Shown here: positions 1-6,831 of the stretch, in pieces
Layout of the letters: the number at the start of each line of letters is the position of its first letter
How positions within the stretch are numbered: position 1 is the stretch's first letter
NCBI RefSeq assembly: GCF_016127575.1
Contig: NZ_CP066018.1
Coordinates: forward strand, 3,750,001 to 3,782,000
Origin: Cupriavidus necator
GTDB lineage: Bacteria > Pseudomonadota > Gammaproteobacteria > Burkholderiales > Burkholderiaceae
DNA: 32,000 nt
Reading direction: 5' to 3'
Notes under the pieces: generated by a model
Database searches by the model: none
Told to the model about the DNA's origin: nothing
Seen by the model: the letters and a program-made list of their open reading frames with translations, nothing else
Position numbers and translations under genes: made by a program

Positions 1-336
1 GTCGCCTGCACTGCCGGCATTGCCCATGCCGCCGCCCGCGACAGCGCTCCTGCCGGCGACAAGTCCGGCTACACCTTCCGCATCGACATGCGCGACGTCT
101 ATAGCGAAGCTGCGCGGGCCGGCCGCTTCGACGTCTTCATCGACGGTACTCGCGTTGAGGCTTCACCCGTCAACGAGCAGTCCGTTTCCGGCCTCGACCG
201 CAGTGGCGTGTCGGCCGACCCTGCCCGCAAATTCGACATCTACACCGACGGCGCGCTGGCCGGCATGGACCGCAGCGGGGTATCGGCAGATCCCGCGCGC
301 AAGTTCGACGTCTATACCGATGGCGCCTTGGCATAA
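1..336 (+). CDS. Small secreted repeat protein (D-x-[YF]-x-D-G repeats), 5' end cut by the window edge
   Basis: Frame 1 is open from nt 1 to TAA at 334-336. It begins VACTAGIAHAAARDS..., which looks like the end of a signal peptide. The ORF track only starts it at Met 88. It contains two 24-aa tandem repeats, G[LM]DRSGVSADPARKFD[IV]YTDGALA, plus degenerate copies (RFDVFIDGTR, MRDVYSEAAR). A hairpin with a T-run follows. Confidence 0.55.
   Translation, partial: VACTAGIAHAAARDSAPAGDKSGYTFRIDMRDVYSEAARAGRFDVFIDGTRVEASPVNEQSVSGLDRSGVSADPARKFDIYTDGALAGMDRSGVSADPARKFDVYTDGALA
190..333 (+). repeat. Tandem direct repeat, 2 x 72 bp (coding, 24 aa each)
   Basis: 190-261 and 262-333 align codon for codon. 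By my count 15 of 24 codons differ: 13 synonymous and 2 conservative (L/M, I/V). Confidence 0.9.
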
Positions 337-390
337 GCCCGTGCATAGCAAGCCTGCCTCAGGCAGGCAGCCATCGTCAAACGCGCTTAC

Positions 391-437
391 GCGCCCTTTG
401 GAACGTATTTCTCCCGGCTCCGAAGGGCGCTTTTTTT
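391..437 (+). terminator. Putative intrinsic terminator after the repeat-protein gene
   Basis: gcgccctt (391-398) pairs with aagggcgc (423-430) and is followed by T7 (431-437). The loop is long (24 nt). An alternative 7-bp stem (416-422 / 443-449) may serve the convergent minus-strand gene. Confidence 0.5.
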
Positions 438-453
438 CTGGCCGGAGCCCGCG

Positions 454-1563
454 TCAGCCCAGCTCGGGGTAGTCGACGTAGCCGTGCGCACCGTTGCCGC
501 CGTACAGCGACGCGTCTTCAAACGGACGGTTCAGCGGCTTGTTTTCGCGGAAGCGGCGCGGCAGGTCGGGGTTGGTGATCATCTTGCGGCCGAACGAGAC
601 CATGTCGGCACTGCCACGGCGAATCGCCTCTTCGGCCATCTCCTTGGAGTAGCCGTTGTTGACCATCCATACGCCGGTGTACAGGCGGTGCAGCGCTTCA
701 TAGTCGAACGGGGCGTTGTCGCGCGGGCCGCCGGTGTGGCCTTCCACGACATGGATATACACCGGATGCAGCTTCTCCAGTTCACGCACGACATATTCGA
801 ACAGTGGCTGTGGGTTGCTCTCCAGCGCGTCGTTGACGGGCGAGACCGGCGCCAGGCGAACGCCGACCCGGTCGGCACCAATCTCCTTAACCACGGCAGC
901 CATGACTTCGAGCAGGAAGCGCGCGCGGTTTTCGATGCTGCCGCCATACGCGTCGGTGCGATTGTTCGTGCCATCGCGCAGGAAGGCGTCAAGCAGGTAG
1001 CCGTGCGCGCCATGGACTTCGACACCGTCGAAGCCGGCCTGGACGGCATTGGCTGCAGCGGTGCGGAAGTCGTCGACAATACCAGCGATCTCGGCCGTCT
1101 CGAGCGCGCGCGGGACCGAGCATTCGACGTAGCCTTTGCCATTGATATAGGTCTTGGCATTGGCAGCGATGGCCGACGGTGCGACCGGGGCCTGGTTGTC
1201 CGGCTGGAAGTGCGTGTGCGACATGCGGCCGGTGTGCCAGATCTGCAGGAAGATCCTGCCGCCCTTAGCGTGGACCGCATCGGTCACCTTCTTCCAGGCA
1301 GCAATCTGCTCGGGGGTGTAGACGCCCGGCGTATTGGTGTAGCCCTGGGCAGTGGTCGAGACCTGGGTGGCTTCAGCGATGATCAGGCCTACGCTGGCGC
1401 GCTGGCTGTAGTACTCGACCACCATGTCGGTCGGCACCAGGTTGTCGTCGGCCCGGCTGCGCGTGAGCGGCGCCATGGCCATGCGGTTGGCCAGTTCGAG
1501 CTTGCCCAGCTTGATTGGCTGGAACAGCGCGTCGGCGAGGAAGGCTTCGTTCTGTACACCCAT
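454..1563 (-). CDS. nemA: Old Yellow Enzyme family NADH:flavin oxidoreductase / N-ethylmaleimide (alkene) reductase
   Basis: The 369-aa ORF is collinear with my recollection of E. coli NemA: FQPIKLG..LANR..MAPLTRSRA, SQRAS.GLIIAEATQ, IAAWKKVTDAVHAKGG, HGAHGYLLDAFL, NRTDAYGGSIENRARF, and the C-terminal GYVDYP. GGAG lies upstream of the ATG. It sits 23 nt downstream of the TetR gene. Confidence 0.85.
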   Translation of the reverse strand: MGVQNEAFLADALFQPIKLGKLELANRMAMAPLTRSRADDNLVPTDMVVEYYSQRASVGLIIAEATQVSTTAQGYTNTPGVYTPEQIAAWKKVTDAVHAKGGRIFLQIWHTGRMSHTHFQPDNQAPVAPSAIAANAKTYINGKGYVECSVPRALETAEIAGIVDDFRTAAANAVQAGFDGVEVHGAHGYLLDAFLRDGTNNRTDAYGGSIENRARFLLEVMAAVVKEIGADRVGVRLAPVSPVNDALESNPQPLFEYVVRELEKLHPVYIHVVEGHTGGPRDNAPFDYEALHRLYTGVWMVNNGYSKEMAEEAIRRGSADMVSFGRKMITNPDLPRRFRENKPLNRPFEDASLYGGNGAHGYVDYPELG

Positions 1564-1586
1564 GAATCACTTACTCCGTAGTTGGT

Positions 1587-2216
1587 CTATGGCTTGTTGC
1601 GGCGAGAACCGCCGTTAGCGGCCGGCTGGAACAGGTGGTCAAACATCAGGTCGACGCTGCGGCGCAGCGGCTCGACAGAGCATTCGAGCTTCATGCGCAG
1701 CAAGGCGCCCTCCCAGGCATCCCACGCCAGCCCGGATAGCTCGGCAGCCGCTATGTCGGCACGGATATCGCCGTGCGCCTGGGCCTCGCAGATCATGCTG
1801 GCGAGGCGTTCGCGCCACGCCAGTTGCGCGGATTGCAGGGCGGCCCGGCAGACTTCGCTCGACAAGGCAATCTCCGCCGCGAAGTTACCTATCAGACACC
1901 CAGCCTGCAGCTTCCTCGATTCGTGGTACGCAATCATCCGGGCAAAGACATAGCGGATCGCTGCCATTGGCGCAGACGGCGCCTCATCGATCATCGCCTC
2001 CCACGACCGCTGCAGGAAACCCGCGTATTGCGCGACGATGACCGCCGCGAACGCTTCCTTGCTCTCGAAATGGTTGTAGAACGACCCCTTCGGCACGCCG
2101 GCGTGGTCGGTGATCTGCTGGATGCCGGTGGCGTTGTAGCCGTGGCGCGTAAACAGTTCGCGCCCCGCCTTCGTCAAACGGTTGGGGATGTCGGTCTTGT
2201 CTGCAGTGCGTGCCAT
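1587..2216 (-). CDS. nemR: TetR-family transcriptional repressor, NemR-like
   Basis: N-terminal TetR HTH (GYNATGIQQITDHAGVPKGSFYNHFESKEAF). A central QAGCLIGNFAAEI segment resembles the Cys-containing sensing region of E. coli NemR. It lies immediately upstream of, and on the same strand as, the OYE gene. Confidence 0.75.
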   Translation of the reverse strand: MARTADKTDIPNRLTKAGRELFTRHGYNATGIQQITDHAGVPKGSFYNHFESKEAFAAVIVAQYAGFLQRSWEAMIDEAPSAPMAAIRYVFARMIAYHESRKLQAGCLIGNFAAEIALSSEVCRAALQSAQLAWRERLASMICEAQAHGDIRADIAAAELSGLAWDAWEGALLRMKLECSVEPLRRSVDLMFDHLFQPAANGGSRRNKP

Positions 2217-2222
2217 GGCGGA

Positions 2223-2252
2223 ATAATATGACCAGTCGTCTTAAGATGTCAA
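2223..2252 (-). promoter_or_regulatory. Predicted sigma70 promoter of the nemR-like gene; apparently a leaderless transcript
   Basis: The minus strand reads TTGACA (2252-2247), an 18-nt spacer, then TATTAT (2228-2223). Only 6 nt separate the -10 from the ATG at 2216, so the expected start site falls on or next to the start codon. Confidence 0.5.
2230..2240. promoter_or_regulatory. Imperfect palindrome GACCAGTCGTC inside the nemR promoter spacer (candidate TetR/NemR operator)
   Basis: GACCAGTCGTC matches its own reverse complement GACGACTGGTC at 8 of 11 positions. It lies between the predicted -35 and -10. From memory it resembles the E. coli NemR box half-sites (GACC..GGTC); this is unverified. 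Confidence 0.4.
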
Positions 2253-2317
2253 AAGCACTGCGCAAGCGTAGGCAAGGACGCATTTCCGGCCCTCTTCCGG
2301 GCACACGATATTTTTCC

Positions 2318-2346
2318 TTGACAAGGGAAGCCCCATGTTCCACTAT
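2318..2346 (+). promoter_or_regulatory. Predicted sigma70 promoter of ohr
   Basis: TTGACA (2318-2323), a 17-nt spacer, then CACTAT (2341-2346), about 70 nt upstream of the ohr ATG. Confidence 0.5.
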
Positions 2347-2353
2347 GCATTCC

Positions 2354-2380
2354 ATCGCATGCGATCTAAGCGGATGCGAT
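2354..2380. promoter_or_regulatory. Candidate OhrR operator at the ohr promoter
   Basis: Perfect 12-bp palindrome ATCGCATGCGAT (2354-2365) immediately downstream of the predicted -10, plus an extra TGCGAT half-site at 2375-2380. The same half-sites recur upstream of ohrR. Confidence 0.55.
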
Positions 2381-2415
2381 TCAAATACAACTGACAACCA
2401 CCAGAGATCCATTCC

Positions 2416-2868
2416 ATGAGCAAGATCGAAAAAGTCCTCGCCACCGGCAAGACCCACACCATGCACAGCAGCGCCGGCGTTACCTCACGCGGCCACAACG
2501 GCACGCTGGACATCGCGCTGTCGCCCGGCAACAGCACCACCCCGGCGCACGTGTTCACGACCGTCCAGCCCCACCCGACCGCGGAACAATTGTTCGCGGG
2601 TGCCTGGTCGGCGTGCTACATCGCCGCGGTCGGCCTCGTGGCCAAGGAGATGAAGCTGGAACTGCCGTCCGACCTGGCCGTGGACATCGAAGTCGACCTG
2701 GGCCAGACCGGCGCGGATTACTTCCTGCAGGCACGCCTGAATCTGCGCGCGCCGGGCCTGCCGCAGGATGTCGCTACGCAACTCGCTCACGCCGCCGATG
2801 CGATCTGCCCCTACTCGAAGGCAACCCGCGGCAATATCGAGGTGGCGCTGAACGTGTTTACGTCGTAA
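2416..2868 (+). CDS. ohr: Organic hydroperoxide resistance protein (Ohr/OsmC family peroxidase)
   Basis: 150 aa. Ohr hallmarks are present: GAWSACY (peroxidatic Cys region) and AICPYSKATRGNI (resolving Cys region). An ohrR-type MarR gene is nearby. Confidence 0.9.
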   Translation: MSKIEKVLATGKTHTMHSSAGVTSRGHNGTLDIALSPGNSTTPAHVFTTVQPHPTAEQLFAGAWSACYIAAVGLVAKEMKLELPSDLAVDIEVDLGQTGADYFLQARLNLRAPGLPQDVATQLAHAADAICPYSKATRGNIEVALNVFTS

Positions 2869-2894
2869 CTCCCTGACCTTTTCGTTATTTCCCA

Positions 2895-2927
2895 TTAGTC
2901 GTATGCGATGTAATCGGATACGACTAA
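2895..2927. promoter_or_regulatory. Perfect 10-bp inverted repeat (TTAGTCGTAT-N13-ATACGACTAA) between ohr and the second repeat-protein gene
   Basis: The arms at 2895-2904 and 2918-2927 are exact reverse complements. The loop contains TGCGAT, the half-site of the putative OhrR boxes. No T-run follows, so it is an operator or RNA hairpin rather than a classical terminator. Confidence 0.45.
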
Positions 2928-2954
2928 ACATCACCTGATACAAGGATGCATACC

Positions 2955-3191
2955 ATGACCACGCTCATCTCCATCGCCCGCTACACCGTTGTCGCCGCCG
3001 CTCTGTTGACCGCCGCCGCCGCGCAAGCCGCCGGTTCGGCGCGCGACCCTTTCACCGAGGGCGCTCGCTCGGTCACCAGCGCAGCCGATCCGTACACCGA
3101 CGGCGCACGCTCGGTACACGGCACGCGCAGCCCGTACTACGACGGCGCCCGCGGCAAGGTCGACCCTTACCTCGACGGCGCACGCGCCTGA
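2955..3191 (+). CDS. Small secreted repeat protein (4 x D-P-[YF]-x-[DE]-G-A-R)
   Basis: Signal-peptide-like N-terminus (MTTLISIARYTVVAAALLTAAAAQAAG). Four repeats follow: RDPFTEGARS, ADPYTDGARS, RSPYYDGARG and VDPYLDGARA. AAGGA at 2942-2946 favours the ATG at 2955 over the one at 2946. It is a paralogue of the protein at 1-336. Confidence 0.6.
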   Translation: MTTLISIARYTVVAAALLTAAAAQAAGSARDPFTEGARSVTSAADPYTDGARSVHGTRSPYYDGARGKVDPYLDGARA

Positions 3192-3286
3192 GACCGCGTA
3201 GCGCCGCGGAGGCCAGATTGTGCGCACGATTCTCTGCCGGTTCCGGGCGCCCTTCCCTCGGGCTCCAGGAACCGCCGCGGAAAGTT

Positions 3287-3335
3287 ATCGCACCTGCGAT
3301 AAAATCGCATACGATCTATAATCGACGCTTGCGAT
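3287..3335. promoter_or_regulatory. ohrR promoter with three phased ATCGCA/TGCGAT inverted repeats (candidate OhrR autoregulatory operators)
   Basis: ATCGCAccTGCGAT (3287-3300), ATCGCATACGAT (3304-3315) and ATCGACgctTGCGAT (3321-3335). The starts are spaced exactly 17 bp apart. TATAAT at 3317-3322 lies inside the array. Confidence 0.55.
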
Positions 3336-3364
3336 CCATCCGTCTTTGGCCAACGAGGCAGCAA

Positions 3365-3823
3365 ATGAAACCCACCGACAAGCCCGCCGCAACCCCGATG
3401 CTCTCGGACTTCCTGTGCTTCGCGGTCTATTCCGCGAACCTTGCCTTCGGCAAGGCCTACAAACCGGTCCTTGAGCAACTGGGGCTGACCTATACGCAAT
3501 ACATCACCATCGTTGCGCTATGGGAGCAGGACGACCAGACCGTCGGCAGCCTGGGAGAGAAGCTGTTTCTCGAATCGAACACCCTGACGCCGATCCTGAA
3601 GAAGCTGGAGGCGATGGGCTATGTGGAGCGGCAGCGCGACCCCGAAGACGAGCGCCAGGTACGTGTGCGCCTGACCAAGGCCGGCCGCAAGCTGCGCGAG
3701 CGGCGCCTGGAATCCAGCCTCGCCGGAGCGACCGGCCTGGCCCCGGACGAATTCGCCCGGATCCAGAAGGCAGTTGCGTCGCTGCGCAACAACCTGATCC
3801 AGTCGGTGAAAGACAGCGAATGA
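3365..3823 (+). CDS. ohrR: MarR-family organic hydroperoxide sensor/repressor OhrR
   Basis: From the internal Met (GAGG upstream): MKPTDKPAATPMLSDFLCFAVYSANLAF... This has the conserved sensing Cys (FLCFAVY), LTYTQYITIVALWE, and the winged-helix stretch LESNTLTPILKKLEAMGYVERQRDPEDERQVRVRLT. The 49-codon upstream extension in the ORF track has no homology-like features. Confidence 0.85.
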   Translation: MKPTDKPAATPMLSDFLCFAVYSANLAFGKAYKPVLEQLGLTYTQYITIVALWEQDDQTVGSLGEKLFLESNTLTPILKKLEAMGYVERQRDPEDERQVRVRLTKAGRKLRERRLESSLAGATGLAPDEFARIQKAVASLRNNLIQSVKDSE

Positions 3824-3846
3824 ACCAGCACACAGGATCCATAGCC

Positions 3847-4098
3847 ATGACCAGCACAGCCGCCCAGTACAGCCCGATCAGCTGCGAGTTCCACGACCGC
3901 CTGGAAGACCTCGCCACCGTGCGCAGGCCCACGCAGATCCACTACCGCGACGCCGATGGCTTGCTCCAGCAGCGCACCGAGACCATTACCGACGTGTACA
4001 GCCTGGGCGGCGCCGAATATCTGACGCTCAAGACTGGCGAGACCCTGCGCCTGGACCAGCTCCTGGAAGTCGACGGCGAGAAGCTGGCGGACTACTGA
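3847..4098 (+). CDS. rof: Rof-family (YaeO-like) modulator of Rho-dependent termination
   Basis: 83 aa: MTSTAAQYSPISCEFHDRLEDLA...AEYLTLKTGETLRLDQLLEVDG. This parallels E. coli Rof as I recall it (YQPINCDDYDNLE ... EYLVV ... LRLDKI). AGGA sits 9 nt upstream. An alternative ATG at 3820 overlaps the ohrR stop (ATGA). Confidence 0.7.
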   Translation: MTSTAAQYSPISCEFHDRLEDLATVRRPTQIHYRDADGLLQQRTETITDVYSLGGAEYLTLKTGETLRLDQLLEVDGEKLADY

Positions 4099-4126
4099 GC
4101 CCGCAAGATTCCGAGCCGGAAAAGAC

Positions 4127-4161
4127 AAAACCCCTCGCAGCACACGCTGTCGAGGGGTTTT
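4127..4161. terminator. Bidirectional intrinsic terminator shared by rof (+) and the rRNA operon (-)
   Basis: An A-tract, then stem cccctcgcagc (4131-4141) / gctg-t-cgagggg (4146-4157) with a 4-nt loop, then TTTT (4158-4161). A U-run is available on both strands. Confidence 0.75.
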
Positions 4162-4170
4162 GGGAATAAG

Positions 4171-4285
4171 AGCCTGGCGATGACCTACTTTCACACGGGA
4201 ATCCGCACTATCATCGGCGCGGAGCTGTTTCACGGACCTGTTCGGGATGGGAAGGGGTGGTTCCAGCTCGCTATGGTCACCAGGC
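4171..4285 (-). rRNA. rrf: 5S rRNA
   Basis: The reverse complement reads GCCTGGTGACCATAGCGAGCTGGAACCACCCCTTCCCATCCCGAACAGG...GTAGGTCATCGCCAGGCT, a canonical proteobacterial 5S. Ends are +/- 3 nt. Confidence 0.9.
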
Positions 4286-4743
4286 ATGAGGGGTTGCAGC
4301 GCTGAGGTTGAGGTCAACGCTGCGTATAGGGATGTAGTTGGGGTTGTGCATGTCAACTGTTTCGGCACAGTCGCGATTCACACACCAGGCAAAACACACT
4401 GGTTATAGGATCAAGCCTTACGGGCAATTAGTACTGGTTAGCTTAACGCATTACTGCGCTTCCACACCCAGCCTATCAACGTCCTGGTCTCGAACGACCC
4501 TTCAAGGCGGTCAAGCCGCCAGGGAATCCTCATCTTCAGGCGAGTTTCCCGCTTAGATGCTTTCAGCGGTTATCTCTTCCGTACATAGCTACCCTGCGAT
4601 GCCTCTGGCGAGACAACAGGTACACCAGCGGTACGTCCACTCCGGTCCTCTCGTACTAGGAGCAGCCCCCGTCAAGATTCCAACGCCCACGGCAGATAGG
4701 GACCAAACTGTCTCACGACGTTTTAAACCCAGCTCACGTACCT

Positions 4744-4776
<33 letters not shown>

Positions 4777-4850
4777 GGCTACAGCCCCAGGATGAGATGA
4801 GCCGACATCGAGGTGCCAAACACCGCCGTCGATATGAACTCTTGGGCGGT

Positions 4851-4906
<56 letters not shown>

Positions 4907-4938
4907 AGAACCACCGGATCACTATGTCCTGCTTTCGC

Positions 4939-4970
<32 letters not shown>

Positions 4971-5041
4971 ACGCTTTTGCCATTGCACTTTAGGTACGAT
5001 GTCCGACCGTACCAAGCGTACCTTCGAACTCCTCCGTTACA

Positions 5042-5073
<32 letters not shown>

Positions 5074-5228
5074 TACCATGCACTGTCCCCGACCCGGATT
5101 CACGGGTCAAGGTTAGAACCTCAAACAAACCAGGGTGGTATTTCAAGGACGGCTCCACGTGAACTAGCGTCCACGCTTCAAAGCCTCCCACCTATCCTAC
5201 ACAGATCGGTTCAAAGTCCAATGCAAAG

Positions 5229-5260
<32 letters not shown>

Positions 5261-5333
5261 AGCCGCGGGGAGATTGCATCATCACAAACACTTCAACTTC
5301 GCTGAGTCTCGGGAGGAGACAGTGTGGCCATCG

Positions 5334-5419
<86 letters not shown>

Positions 5420-5453
5420 ACTTCAATCAAGAGCTTGCACCCCATCATTTAAT

Positions 5454-5486
<33 letters not shown>

Positions 5487-6113
5487 GTCCACTTTCGTGT
5501 TTGCAGAGTGCTGTGTTTTTATTAAACAGTCGCAGCCACCATTTTATTGCAACCCCTTCACCCTTCTGGCGCAGGCCAGTCAAGCTACCAGGGCGTACCT
5601 TATCCCGAAGTTACGGTACCAATTTGCCGAGTTCCTTCTCCCGAGTTCTCTCAAGCGCCTTAGAATACTCATCTCGCCCACCTGTGTCGGTTTGCGGTAC
5701 GGTCTCGTATGACTGAAGCTTAGAGGCTTTTCTTGGAACCACTTCCAATTGCTTCGCAGCACTAGGCCGCTCGCCCCACATCCTTGAATCCCGCGCCCGG
5801 ATTTGCCTGAGCGCCTTCTCCAATGCAGGGACCGGGACTTCCAACACCCGGACAACCTTCCGCGATCCGTCCCCCCATCGCATCATACGACGGTGCAGGA
5901 ATATTAACCTGCTTCCCATCAGCTACGCATCTCTGCCTCGCCTTAGGGGCCGACTCACCCTACGCCGATGAACGTTGCGTAGGAAACCTTGGGCTTACGG
6001 CGAGGGGGCCTTTCACCCCCTTTATCGCTACTCATGTCAGCATTCGCACTTCTGATACCTCCAGCATCCTTTACAAGACACCTTCACAGGCTTACAGAAC
6101 GCTCTCCTACCAC

Positions 6114-6220
6114 GCGTACGCTCCTTTAAATCCACTAGCATTGACACCCAACGATCATTGTTTGGGTGCTTTGTCGATGCTGCGCATCGACAAGCTTGGT
6201 GCACTTAAAGGAGCGCACGC
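6114..6220 (-). other. Intervening-sequence-like extension of 23S helix 45
   Basis: E. coli has about 20 nt between ...CTCCCCTACC and CCGCAGCTTCGG. This gene has about 107 nt there. The basal stem is 6114-6135 / 6198-6220, with inner hairpins at 6145-6168 and 6173-6191 (the latter a perfect 8-bp stem, gtcgatgc/gcatcgac). Confidence 0.7.
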
Positions 6221-6279
6221 GTCCGCAGCTTCGGTATATAGCTTAGCCCCGTTACATCTTCCGCGCAGGACGACTCGAT

Positions 6280-6333
<54 letters not shown>

Positions 6334-6377
6334 ACTGTTTTAGCCTTCCCACTTCGTTTCCCACTTAGCTATATTTG

Positions 6378-6410
<33 letters not shown>

Positions 6411-6831
6411 CTTGACACCGGACGTTAGCACCCGATGTCTGTCTCCCGTGATTGCACTCTTCGGTATTCGGAGTTTGCTATGGCGGGGTAATCAGCAATA
6501 GACCCCCCAACCATGACAGTGCTCTACCCCCGAAGGTGAGACACGAGGCACTACCTAAATAGTTTTCGGAGAGAACCAGCTATTTCCAGATTTGTTTAGC
6601 CTTTCACCCCTATCCACAGCTCATCCCCTAACTTTTCAACGTTAGTGGGTTCGGTCCTCCAGTACGTGTTACCGCACCTTCAACCTGGCCATGGATAGAT
6701 CATCTGGTTTCGGGTCTACACCCAGCGACTCAACGCCCTGTTCGGACTCGCTTTCGCTACGCCTTCCCTAATCGGTTAAGCTTGCCACTGAATGTAAGTC
6801 GCTGACCCATTATACAAAAGGTACGCCGTCA

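Noticed and set aside
190-333. Tandem repeat considered as a CRISPR or minisatellite
   Set aside because: There are only two units with no spacers. The repeat is in frame within a coding region and shows a synonymous-substitution pattern, so it is a protein repeat.
484-1581. 365-aa plus-strand ORF antisense to the OYE gene. Similar long antisense or alternate-frame ORFs occur at 11019-12080, 12347-14113, 14677-15114, 15574-16497, 18111-19649, 19976-21337, 23926-25698, 28030-28929 and 29789-31897.
   Set aside because: These are typical high-GC shadow ORFs. They are Arg/Ala/Gly/Pro/His-rich low-complexity translations with no family motifs. In every case the opposite strand or another frame encodes a clearly recognisable protein.
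3218-3364. N-terminal extensions given by the ORF track: ohrR from 3218, rof from 3520, VOC to 23161, GST to 24431, aminotransferase to 25494, MocR to 28887, RRM-like to 22562
   Set aside because: The extensions are Arg/Pro/Gly-rich and lack similarity to the family N-termini. They run through promoters or neighbouring genes. Internal Met codons with good Shine-Dalgarno sequences match the expected family N-termini.
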